Origin: Eledone cirrhosa
Taxonomy: Eukaryota
Assembly (NCBI GenBank): GCA_964016885.1
Contig: OZ024746.1
Span: 18,228,001-18,292,000, forward strand
Reading direction: 5' to 3'
DNA length: 64,000 nt
Shown: positions 13,701-27,300 of the stretch, piece after piece
How positions within the stretch are numbered: the first letter of the stretch is position 1
Layout: each line of letters opens with the position of its first letter
Notes under the pieces: generated by a model
Seen by the model: the letters and a program-made list of their open reading frames with translations, nothing else
Databases searched by the model: none
What the model was told of the DNA's origin: nothing
Position numbers and translations under genes: made by a program

Positions 13701-15319
13701 GTGAGGTTGTAAAAATGTTTGCATTGAAACTTTTGTAATATTGTGTATTATATTTGTGTTTGGTATAGCTTTAATGTGCACTTAACAAGTATATTAAATC
13801 TGGGATTATTTTATCTTCACGTTTTGCATGTTATCACCACTTGCCTGACTATTTTTCTTGTAGTTTCTTTTTCAAACGTCGCACACAATTCAAATGTCAC
13901 ATGCAATGCATGCTATTTGCAGAAATCACTTGATAAATGTCACCTATTTTCTTTGTTGAGATATTCAAAATATTTTATATTTCCACACCATTTTAGTTAC
14001 ACTATTAACAATTAGTACAATTGAAATCATTGTTATTTATAGTTAGAATGCAACGTTGCTGTTTAGGCCATATCTTTTTATGTTGATGAACTCAGTTTCT
14101 ATTTAGTGAGGCAGCAAATTGACAGAATCATTAGAACATAGGATAGAATGCTTTGTGGTATTCGTTCCAGTTTTCTGCTCTTTCAGTTCAAATTCTGTCA
14201 AGGTTAACTTTGCCTTTCTTCCAATCAAGGTTGATAAAATACCTCTTCAAGAAGTAACCAGCCGAAGCCATCTGAGCTCATGGTTGATCTTCTTCCACTA
14301 ATATATGTATAAATATATATATATATATATATATTTTTTTTTTATTTTATAGAAGAGCTTCTACAGGACTAGTACTGTTTCATTCAGATGAAATCTTCAG
14401 GAAGCTGGGTGTCGTATTAAGTTCTGGTATTATACCAGAACTTAATATGACACCTAGCTTCCTGAAGATTTCATCTGAATGAAACAGTACTAGTCCTGTA
14501 GAAGCTCTTCTATAAAATAAAAAAATTTTACTCTGCCATGTATTGAGTACCTTACTTACTGTGGTTATCCCCGACTCAACTCGGGACCTACGTATATATA
14601 TATATATATATAAATATAACGAAGGAAGTGTGGTAAGGAACCAGGTGGACCATAACGCACCAGAGTACTCAATACTTAGGGTAGTAGAGTGGCTAATAGG
14701 AAACGGCCGGAGCTCGGCCATCGGGGTCTTGACTCTTTTCCTATATATAAATATATTTAGATAGACAGATATGCATATGTAGTAAATATCCGTAGGTGTG
14801 AAAAAGGAAAATAGTGCTCAAAAACTTGCCTAAGCACCTGCAGATATGGTCAATATTGGGCTGTGAAACCTTAGGTAGCGCTTTTATTCTATTTATGAAC
14901 ATAAATAATATATAGATAGATGGACTTATGAGATTGCATGTCATCACAGGTGCATTTTTTTTTTGTAGCAGTTTCAAATTTTGCTTAAGTAGTTGTTTTG
15001 TGCTAGATGTCATCAAAATGTCAATATACATATAGCCTGAGTAATGACATGACTACTTACCTGTCTTAAATTCTCAATCATTTACCTCTGCCTGTGCGTG
15101 TATTAGTATGTGCTTTGAATTTGAAGCCCAGTTTAAGGTTCTCTAGATAAGTCGATGTAGTTTTCCACACTTGTATTTTTAGTACTACACCTGTACAACT
15201 GTGATTTATCTTTAGATATATATGATAATTATAGGTTTTATACATTATTTTAAAATATGATTATCATATTCTATATATATATATAGAATATGATACTATA
15301 TAAAAGCTATAAATATTAT

Positions 15320-15353
<34 letters not shown>

Positions 15354-18300
15354 ATTATAGCTTTTATACACATTTTAAAATATAATTATCATATTCTATA
15401 TATATATATGTGATAATTATACCTTTATACATATTTTGAAATATAATTATCATATTATATATATATATATATATATGATAATTATAGCTTTTATATAACA
15501 TCACTTTTTCAATTTTTTTTCTCACTGTGTATTGTACATGTTTTGCATTTTCTATCAATATTCTGCACTGCACTCTGTCACCAGAATGGTTCTCTTGAAT
15601 GTCACTCCAAATCCTGCCCTCAGCAGAGCACTTGCACCAATCCTGTGATCCATGACTGTTGTCCAGAGTGCTTCAACTGCATGTATGAAGGTCAGGAATG
15701 GCCCAATCTAAGTAATTTTACTGATCTTCAAGATGTTTGTAAACAATGTTTATGTAAGGTTGGTACATCTTGGCGTTTCTTTTTTTCCTATTTAAGAAAA
15801 TGAATTTACATTTTATTAAAATTCAAAGAATCTTGGGAAACAAATTACATACATAAAAAATACAGTATGTTTTCTCTTATTTTAATGGATGTTAAATGAT
15901 GATGATATTTAAATTCTATTGATAAAGGCCATAAGTTAATCTCCAACTACTCTGCTCTTCATATTTCTGCTTCCCTGGTGTAAAATCTATCTATTGCACT
16001 TTTTTTTTTTAATAGAAATTCTGATGTTCTTTTACTGGTCCCAGTTATTGAACTTTGGCAATGCTAGAGCATTGCCTTCAAGGGTTTTAATTGATCCTAT
16101 TGATAGGTTTCCATTGATGAAATTTACTTACAAAATATTGGTAAACTCTAGGCTGCAATAGAAGAAGACATTTGCCCAATGTGTTGTGCTGTGTTATCAA
16201 ATCACAAGATTATGAAGTGAAGTTCTTAAACACATACTTACACTTGTGTGAAAGCTTTAGCCATATAACTTTGGCTTTTGATATGTTTACATTTAGTATA
16301 TGAATTACTAATATCTAATTTAAAATATTTTTACATGTATAATGTGCAAAATATTAGAATACTTTGGCACCTTATATATAAAATGTCAGCAGAAGGGCTT
16401 CCAGGAGTTATGACCTGGATGTGGCCTGGCCGCCTTAGTGTAAGATGTTAAGGGCTGAAACACTTGCATGAGGGGAGAGGTACTTCTCTGAAGACCTTCT
16501 GCTGCCCAGCTCTCCTGAGAGTTTCTTACCACTAAAAGACGTAATCAATATTTTAATGTCTGTATTTATTTTATACTAATATATATATTGATCAACATTC
16601 TCCATGTTGACATATTTTTTGTCTTTTATTTAGCTCTACCCACCTCAACTATACTTTAAGTTCCTCAATCAACTGTACCTTCTAAGTTCCTTTTACAAGA
16701 CTGGGAGTTGTGTCATGTTATTGTGTTATGTTATAAGATAACATTATTTTGTAGCCACTGCAGTAGTCTTTGCTTCAATACAATTCTATTTCTCATATCT
16801 ACATCGTAATTGTTCCTTGTTCAGAAGCTCATTATCTTTTCTCCAATTATGAATTGGTGTCATTTTCTTGTTATATTATTACTCTTTTCAATTACTTCTC
16901 TATTCCTTTATAATGCTTGTCAATACTGTTTGCTTCTCAATTAGTGAAAACAAATTCTATTTGGTAAATCAATTATTCTTTCCCTCTCTCTCAATCTGTC
17001 ATTCATTGCTAAAACATCTTTGAATGTCTGGAAGCTTGCAAACTTTTCAGATACTTAATATATATATATTTTTAAATGATCCATAAGATCCTAGACCTCA
17101 CATGCTTACCAAGTGGAGTGGAACTCGTCAATCGGACCAAGGAAACAATCTACCGGTTACAACTCCTGGCAGAAAGAGCAACCGGAAATAAAATGCCATA
17201 ACATATCACTTGGTCTGCAAATCAAACTTGCAACCTCATGATTGTGATTCCAAATCTCTAACCACTAGGCCACATGTCTTCACATAAAATATATGTTTGA
17301 ATAAATACAAATACAATTATATGTCTGTTCATATTGCACCTCAGTGTATATTATTGCACCTTAGTGTATATCATTGCACCTTGGAGTATATCATTGTACC
17401 TCAGAGTATATCATTCATTACTCTTTGTGTTCAGCATTTCTGTTTTCACCTGTTAACTCATTTCCATTGATTTTCATTACCTTAATAGTCTCAACAGGTT
17501 TATTAAATGTTTGCCTTAATCCTTAGTGAAGCTTTACCACAATTTCTCCTTAGTGAAGCTTTACCACAATTTCTCCTTTTTGCTTATCTTGGCTTTGTCT
17601 TTAATTTGTAGAGTTGAGGTTAATTGTGATATGTATGATGTTGCTTGCAGCTAGAAACCTAGTTTTTGTCTGTCTGTGTGTGTGTGAGAGAGAGAGAGAG
17701 AGAGGAAGAGTATTTAGGAGATGGTCTGCTGCACAAGATGTGATAGAACCAAATGTCTAGGCAACTATTCTAAACATTTTACTAACAAACTTATTAGTTG
17801 TATTGCAGGATGGGAATATTAGCTGTTACAGAATGTCTTGTGCCCAGCCTCAGTGTGATAACCCTAGCAGACTGCCAGGACAATGTTGTCCTACCTGTCC
17901 AGGTAAATAATATCTTTAATAAATAATTATAACAAAATAAGTTGGTTTAAAGTAATATTTTTAAAGGGATATTTCAAATAAATTAATAATAATATAAAAT
18001 AAACTGATTGAAAATTTCTTATTTTTTCCAGTATTGGAAGAGCGTCAGACACCATGCTTTGAAGCGTGGAGTTATGGCCCTTTATGTTCTGAGTTCAAAT
18101 CTCGCCGAGGTTAACTTTGCCTTTCATCCTTATGGGGTTGATAAAATAAAGCACCAGTAATGTACTGGGGTAATGCTGGCCCTGTTCCAAACGTAGAAAC
18201 AATTATTTACAGTAACAAGCTTGGTGGATTGGTAGTAATTGGTAGAGCGTCGGACAACATGCTTTGCAGCATAGAGTTACGTTCTGAGTTAAAATCTCAT

Positions 18301-21300
18301 GGGGTTTAGCTTTGCTTTTCATCTTTATGGGGTTGATAAAATGTTGTACCAGTAACATACTGGTGTCAATTTAATTGACTTTCCCCACCTCAGCAAATTA
18401 TTGGCCTTGTGCCTAAATCAGAAACCATTACTTACATTGACAACTTTGGAGGTAAATAGACTATAAATATGTAAATGAATAAGTAGTAATAACAAAGGTG
18501 TGTCCTAAACATATATTAATGATATAGAATGTTTAGAAGATCAGCAAAGTATTCTCTTCACCTTGTGAGAATGCACCTCTCTGAAGAGAGGAGAACCCCA
18601 GATGTGTTCCTGATAGCAGGTGTGGAGCAGAACTTCTTATTATGAAGATGGTCTGCCAAAACACTTTATTTACTGATCTGAAGTCAGATTTTAGCTTAAC
18701 CCCCCCCCCCCCCCCCCAATCCTCCCATGTCTTAACTTTGGACACTTTTACTGTCTCTACTGCAACTTTTCACACCTGCTTGTACTGAAATGGCCAAAAA
18801 GAGGACTTATTTCCAAGCCAAATTTTGCTCAGATGGCATTTTTGACCCCCTTGATTGAACCAAAGTGTCCACCTGGCACCATACCAAGCTGCTCTCACCC
18901 TCAGCATTTGACAGCTGAAGCAGAAACTGCCAAGCTGAATAATTTCCATTCTATTTCAACATCCTCACTTTGTTTGTGTATGTTTTTGGAGTCTTGATTT
19001 TTCTATATTATTTATAAATGTTATAAGTACTTGTTTCTTTGCTTATCTCCTTTTTCTAATATTTTATATTCTAGATGCATGTGAATATAAAGGAAAAGTT
19101 TTTGAAAATGGAGAAAACTTTGCTGATACATCAGATCCCTGCATAGAATGTACTTGTCTTGTTAGTAGATTAAAATATTTCATTTCTTAAATGGTATTCA
19201 TAATTCAGTAATACTGATATAAGTTGTGATGTTTTGGGGGGTTTTTTTGTTTTTTTTTATAAATAGAGTATGAAATCTTTTTCTTTAATATTGCCCTATA
19301 TACAAACTGGCTTTATAGGATGTATTTTATTTCTCTGATTTGTATTGTTTTCATATTACAGATTATTTATAAGTACTATAGCCAGAGGCATTACTAGGGC
19401 GTGACAATCATGGCACATGCCATGGGCACCACTTGGACTAGGAGCACTTTCTATTAAAGTTAGATAAGCTATCATCAAAGACTGAAAAAAGAAACTTCTT
19501 CAGATATATGATCTGTCTTTGATTATCATGGGTGAGAAGCACAATGGTAGCTGGATCATTAAACCATTTATATAAATTATTAGACTCATAGGTAAAAATA
19601 CAGTACTGGGAACTACGTGACCACACAGGCATACCTCATAGTATAACTTGTCAAATATTTACTAGGGTCTAATATTTGTCAAATACCAGTATTACACAGA
19701 TCACTCCCTTTAAATACACTATCACTTTTAGGTGTCAGAAGTCTGGGCAGGGGTGCAATTTCCCTGCTTGCCATAGGTACTACTTCCCTTAATTATGCCT
19801 CTGACTATAGCCATTATTGCTTTTTGCATTATAAATGAAGTATAATAAATGTTCATTGTTTTTTAAGTTAATATGACAATATAAATTTCTCTTAGCTTCA
19901 TAATAATTCAGTTTCATTTTTTTTTAGGCTGGATATGTGAACTGTTCTTCACATCTGTGTAATCCTGTTACCTGCACTCATCCTTCTAATAATATATGTT
20001 CTGATTGTTTATATGAAGGCAACATCCTTTTTAATGGTCGTAGCATTAAAAAAGATGCATGCCAGACATGTACATGTAGGGTAGGTTTTCCTTTGAAATG
20101 TTTTTTAATCCCTCTTTTTTTTATTTTATTAATTTAATGATTATATACTCAGTCTTCTGTAACTTTAGTAGTGTATAGTAAGGATTAGGGTCAGTGAATG
20201 AAATATAGGATTTCTTGTGGGACAATCATTTAAATTTTATTGGTCTATATATATTGGTTTAGGCATGTGGCCTAGTGGTAAGGGTGTTGGACTTAGAATT
20301 ATAATATCATCGGTTCGATTTCTGGACTGAGTTGAAGTGTTTTGCTCAAGAACACAACACACATTTCATGTTACTCCAGTATACTCAGCTGAAAATGAGT
20401 CCTAGCAATAGCGGGAGGTTTAACTCTGCAATGGACTGGTGTCCTGTCCAAAGGGAGTCTTGTACTCTCAGTTGCTTAACACAACAAAAACCAGGATAAA
20501 CACTGACCTGATGAGCCTCCAGGCTTGAGAGAGACTTTAACCCTGTGGTGGACTGGCTTCCTGTCCAGGGGGAAGTTTTGTATTCTCAGTGGCTTAACGC
20601 CATGGAAACCAGGATAAGTACTGGCCTGATGAGCCTCTGGGTTCAAGACAGACTTACTTTATTTAGAGAATGTTCATGCTGCAATGGTTTTCTAATGCTG
20701 TCATCCTGATATATACAGCTCTACTTCATGATATAACAGTCTTCTCCGAACTAGGTTTGATATGTTATTTTAGTGTACTAATTACATTGACCTTGGGACA
20801 TGAAAATCTCCAAAATAAATTGAATGTATTGTCTTTAACTGAGAAGACTGTTTTTAACTAAGAAATTATTAATCATAAGAAAAGAGAGACTTATTTATTT
20901 ATTTAATTATTTAGTCAATTTAAACGTCCGTATAGAGCTAGTAAGCCACAACAGACTCGAGGAAGTATCTGATACTTCTTACAGTTGAGAAACAAAAAAC
21001 AGAGATAAGTGAATATAAAAGTATAAAATGAAATAAAATAAAATAGGGAAGGTCAATGGGAAGCAAAATAAGCAGATAAAAAAGATTTTAAACAAAAGGA
21101 AGTTGTAAAACAGCTAGGAGGTTCAGTTAGCAAGTAATAAGGCTGAATTAAGACAACAAAGAGAAAATATTATGAGTGAAAATGATTAATAGTACAAATA
21201 AACCAGAAATTTCTGGCCTAAAGTAATTAGTCAGCCAGAAAAAAGGAAGAAATTATTATATATATTTTTTTCTTTTTAAATTTGATATTCTCAGTTGACA

Positions 21301-24300
21301 TTTTATAAATGTTACAATTTCAGGATGGTAATGTGTTCTGCATTAAAAAAAGCTGTCCTTCACTTAATTGTCCCCTGGCAGAAAGGCCACCAGGAGAATG
21401 CTGTGCTCAGTGTCAAGGTAAAGAGATGTTTATTTTATAAAACTATTCCCAGAAGTCATTTTTTTTTTTCTGAAAGCTACTTAACCCTTTGGTTCTATGA
21501 AATAAAATCACCCATTTTAAAGGTTTCCAATTTAAATTGTTAAATCTTTCAACATAATTTTATATAAGAGCCTTACATTAAGTTACAATCTTAGTAATGA
21601 AATGATTTATAATTTTAGTAAATCCCTTGCAATTTTACATTAATTAAAATAGTGTATTTCATTAGAAAGGTGGTCATGAAAGGGTTAAAGAATATTCAAA
21701 CCTCTGATACATTGTCATTGTGCCTGTTTTCCAGAATGTACATACAACGAACGTTCTTACAAGAATGGGGACATGTGGTTCTCAGATGAAGACTCGTGTA
21801 CCTCTTGTATATGTCATGATGGTTCAATTACATGCTCAGAGGTCCAGTGTATAGTGCCATGTACAGAATATATTGAAGAGCAAGGTCAATGTTGTCCAGT
21901 ATGTTCAAGTAAGACAATTATTTCTACTTTCTTAATTGCTGTCTGTGGAATCTATGCATATTTTCTCATTCAAACTGTTTTAATCATGTACTGTTTGCTA
22001 ATTAAAAATTGTAGTTAAAGTTATTAATTTTCTTTGAAGAAGACAGGAATGATTGTAACTTCTAAATCCTCTTCCTCTAAAACTTTCAAGCTTCATACCA
22101 TAGAAAGCAGTTATTATTAGTGCTTCTGGTGCTGTTATTAAGACAGTAATAGTGATTATTAAACCAGCTCCCCCACCAGCTTATTGAGGAATGGTAAGTG
22201 GAACTCCAGTAGCACAAAAAACAAAACAAGAGCTATTAAAAGGGTGGATGAACTCCTTAGAGTCAATGATTTATCTAGTTCAGAGCTTTAAAATTTTTGA
22301 TCCTTGCAGCATAGACTTTGTTTTTATTCTTTTTTATTGAGTTCAAATCCCGCCATGGTCAACATTGCCTTTAATCCTTTTGAGGTTGATAAATAAAGTA
22401 CCAGTCAAATACTGGGATTGATTCTTCCTTAATATCTCTTTATCACTCTCATTCCTTTGGAAGAAATCTTCTGTATTCAGACCTGGAGAGGAGATGGGCT
22501 TCGCCAGGTTTAATATGCCCAAGAAACACTGTAAGGTACCCCTATGGCTCCATCAGGAATTATGGGTCCTTACATTCATACATTGATAAAATATATACCA
22601 GTTATACACCCTGGTCAAATCAACTGAATGAATGATATCACTATTCATTTACAAAACAAAGAAAAATGACTTTGTGCCTCAACAAAACTTCATTACTATT
22701 TGTAAGATTTTCTATATATTTTTTTTTAAGGTTGCACACATCAAGGGATTACCTATCAAGAAGGAGAACAGTTCAATTTAAATAGTGACCCCTGTGAACC
22801 ATGTACTTGTGAGGTAAGTCTCTGATCTCTTTATTTATAAAGATGACTTATTTTTGTGTGCATTTCTCAAACAAAATTCCTTCAAAGACTTCTCCTGACA
22901 ATGTAAATCTCCAAAGAAATTAGCTCTGCTGAAATAATCTTTGTACAGTCAGGCATGGGAATAGGGGTGACTATGTGTTTGAATAGCTAGTGAGGTGATG
23001 TAAGGGGCCAGCCTTTTTTCTGCAATTTACAACTATCCTTTTCATGCTTGTTTCATCCTTCTTGTATGGGAGTATGAGTCTTCTGTAGTACGACATATCA
23101 CCAGTCAACTCATTCCTGTGTCATCTCCTCTGTGATGTCCAACTATTTGAAGTCAACCTTTATTACTTCATCCCATGTTTTCCTAGCTCTTTCTCTTCCA
23201 CAGGTTTCTTTATGCAGCTCTCATCCTTCATATGTATCACATGGCTATACCAACACTGCCTATGTGTATATATATAAGAAAAACGATGAAGTTTCATTTA
23301 CATGTATTTATGTTTTTATTGTATATTGATCTGCTCATCAGACTGATGATTCAACAAAAAATATAAATGTATTTTTTATATATATTTCAGAATGGTAAAT
23401 TGAAATGTGTCCATTTATCTTGTCCAGACATGACAATGTGTCCTGAATTTCAGTTGGTTGACCCACAACCAGGGTTTTGCTGTCCTACATGTTCTAATCG
23501 TAAGCATTTATCAATTATTATCAGTATTAAATATATGTATTTATATCATCATCTTTATCATAGTTTGTTTTTATGTTCCATTTTATTTTCCATTCTTGCA
23601 TGGGTTTGATAGGCTGTCTAGGTTGGGTGCATTTTATCATGGCACCACCACTACCAACTGACAGGGTGAACTGTGAGCATTTTATTGTGGCACCAGCACC
23701 ACCACTTTACATTCATCTAACATATCTATCGCAAATATCATTTATAATATTATCTCAAGTTTGAGAAACTGCTTGTCATTATGATTGCCAAATGGTAGAA
23801 AAGAGATTAAATCTCCAATAATGTTTGTATTTTATAACCAAAATCATGCATTTTGGTTTATATTTTTTAGTTATTGTTTTGTTTCCTTCTTAATGAAATG
23901 TGTTATATATTCTAATACTTATCACAGTTTCTACACGATGTACAGCTGAAAGTGTGGGTGAAATAACTCGACCAAAACTAAGCGATCCATGTTTTCATTG
24001 TAAATGTGAGGTAAAAAATATGAAATCTTCATATAGGTTTTGCATTTTACAAATAAAATATTTCATTAATTTTTTTTCACCAAAATTCCATTGACTTATC
24101 AAAAGATGTCATCATCATTATCATTTAATGACAGGTTTCCCTGCTAGCAAAGGGTGAATCAACTCTATTTAATCAGAGCCACTGATCTCTAACATGGTCC
24201 AGGATTTTATCTCACATATGTTCCCACACTCCACAGAGTGCTCAGTGCATTTTATCATGTCACCAACTCTAGGGAGGTTGTTATGCTCTTGATACAACTG

Positions 24301-27300
24301 AAAAGTCCTCTTAACTCTTTTTGGCATAATTTCTACAGCTGGATGCCCTTCTTAGCACTGACCCCCCCTTACTGGGCACATTTTATCATGCCAATAGCAC
24401 TAGAAAGGTTGTCGGTCATTGCCTCAACTGAAGAGCTCTCCCTATTCTATGGAGAAAAGAATGAGGAGATATAATTAGTATGATGTTATGGGTAAATGAC
24501 AATAGGTGGAGGGTGATGACAGTATAATTTAATGAGTGTAGTTTCCATGACACCAACACTAACACTGTATAGAGTGTATTGGGTGCACTTTATCATGGCA
24601 CCAGTACTAGAGAGGTTGTAACATGTCTTCATATCCTAAATCAGAAGCCATTATTACAAAATGCCTACAAAAGCAACATGTGTCTTTTGAGTTGCTGGGT
24701 AGTCGTGGCTTAAGCAAGGCCCTGTCAAAATTGAGGTGTCATTTCAGTTCATGTACCTTTTAAGGCCTCAAATACAGAAATAATTTTAAACTGTAAAATT
24801 TCAAATTTATGTACACACCTCTACATTTGTGACATTTAATTTTGTTTTCATTTTCAGGAGTCCCTCAGTTGGGTTTGTTCAAAAGATATATGTTTAGAAC
24901 CTACATGTCCATCTTCTCTTCAAAGAAAGGTCAAGGGAACATGCTGTGCCATATGCCCTGGTTAGTTTGATTAGATTCTTACAATCATTATTATCGTATT
25001 GTCAAATATATGTTTACTGTTGATGTCTTTGATTTGTTGCATGAATTTTATATTTGTGCCAACCCTTACCTATGTTCATGAATCTTGGGTAATGACCAAA
25101 GAATATGATCACGAATACAAACATCTGAAATGGGTTTCCTCCAAAAGGCCTTGGGAGTAATGTTACTCGATAGAGTGCATGGTTCAGAGATCAGAGAGTT
25201 GCTCCAAGTAGAGCAGCTACTTTTATGAATTGAGAGATTACAGTTCAAATTTCTAAGAAAAGAATCGCTGGACAGATTTTTGGGGCAAAACTGACTGGCA
25301 GGAGACCCAGGGGTAAACCATGAGCAAGATAGTTTGATACCATCTGTGAGCTCAGCTTGTCTAGCTTGGGGATCCAGCTGGATCAGTTGGAAATGATTGC
25401 TTCTGACAGGACCTGCTGGAAGGGAATGTTTGAGGACTCTGCCACCATGATCCTTTCAGGAATAAGTGGGAGAAGAATAAGAAGAATGTAAGAAAACAAT
25501 TGAAAACTGTTTAATAGTGTTGTCAATTTTTATTTTATTTTAATTATCCATTTTTAACAGCTTGTTACTATGATTTGGAAGACAAATTTTATGAAGAAGG
25601 TGACTCATGGAAAGATGTTGACAACCCATGTGTAATATGTCAGTGTATTGTAAGTTGCTTCTTCATTTTGTATGATACCAAATGATTGTTTTATTTTCAA
25701 ACTAGATTACCTTTTAATAAATACATCATCTGAAGTCAACTTTGCCTTTCATCTCACCTTGGTCAATAAAATAAAGTACCAGTTAATTACTGGGATTGAT
25801 TTAATCAATTTCGCCCTTACCCCAAATTTGCTGGCCTTGTGCTTAAATTAGAAATCAATAAATACATCATCTCTGTGTGTTTGGAAGAAGGATAAAAGTA
25901 GAAATTGTCAAAGAAGGAAGATTGTACAGATGTAATGACCACTTTATTGTATATATAGTTGTAATGACCACTGTATTGTATACTAGCAGGGGTACCCAGC
26001 GTTGCACGGGATAAGGTATTTTGGAACGCGGGCCGCCAACAGACCTAATCGTGGAAAAATTGCATGCCTGGACAATATGTAAAGAAAATAAACTGAATAC
26101 TCTGATGGCTAGATAATCTTTAAGATTTTCCTCGATGAAGCAGGAAAAGGCAGGTTTTTACCTAATGCGGGCCCTAGGGGATCAAGAAAATGAATTTTTT
26201 TTTATGTGCATAATATGCCTTGAAAATTCAGGAAAATCGGCTAGACGTAACTCCTCAAAAAAACCCTAAAAAGCTGAAAAAACGCAGTTTTTCACCTAAT
26301 GCGGGCCCTCGGCCATAAAAAAGTTGGATTTTCTTTACTCACAGTATGAAGAGACTGACTAATACATAGTTACAATTTCAAGGAAAACAGTCTGACATAA
26401 TGCCTCAAAAAACCCCTAAAAAGCTGAAAAAATGCAGTTTTTCACCTAATGCAGGCCCTTGGGGATAAAAAAGTTGAATTTTTTTTATGTGCATAACACT
26501 CTCTGAAACATAAGTAATACACATGTAAAGTTTGAAAAAAATCGGTTGGGCACTTCTCGGGTTTCACACACACCACACACACATACATACATACATCCTT
26601 CATCATACTTATATAGATTAAAATAACAGATTAAAGTTTAAGCAAAGAATCGTTGCTTTCACCCTTAACGGGATCTTCTGAAACTAAAAACATCAATCTG
26701 TGAACGCAGAAGTAAATATTTCGAAAAATGTTGCAACCGAAGGAAAACAGGAAGACGATACTTTGGTTCGTGAAGACGTTCCCTGGCAATGAATGGAAAA
26801 TAGCAAACATAATGTCATCAATGTTTGTCAGAATGTCATAATACAGACAGATATTACAAGAGCACTACGGAGATGGATTACTGGCGCCTAACACCCCTTT
26901 AACAACAGAAAATTGAAAATAAAAGATGCAGTTAATATCTTGAGATCGCAAGGAATATATAAATGCAAGTTTGAAGTCAATCGGAGTAGAAATGTGGATT
27001 TGTATAGACTTTGCAAAAATGAGCACGCACACACGCACACACTTTTATATAGATATACAGATGTAATGACCACTGTATTGAATATATACAATTGTATTAA
27101 CCACAATATTGTATACATATTCAGATGTAATAACCACTATGTGTATATACAAATGTAATAACCACTATGTGTATATACAAATGTAATAACCAGTATATTG
27201 TGTATATCAGATGCAATAACCACTATAATGTGTATATACAGTCATAATAACCAGTATATTGTGTATATACAGATGTAATTAGATATGATTGTTGTTTGTT

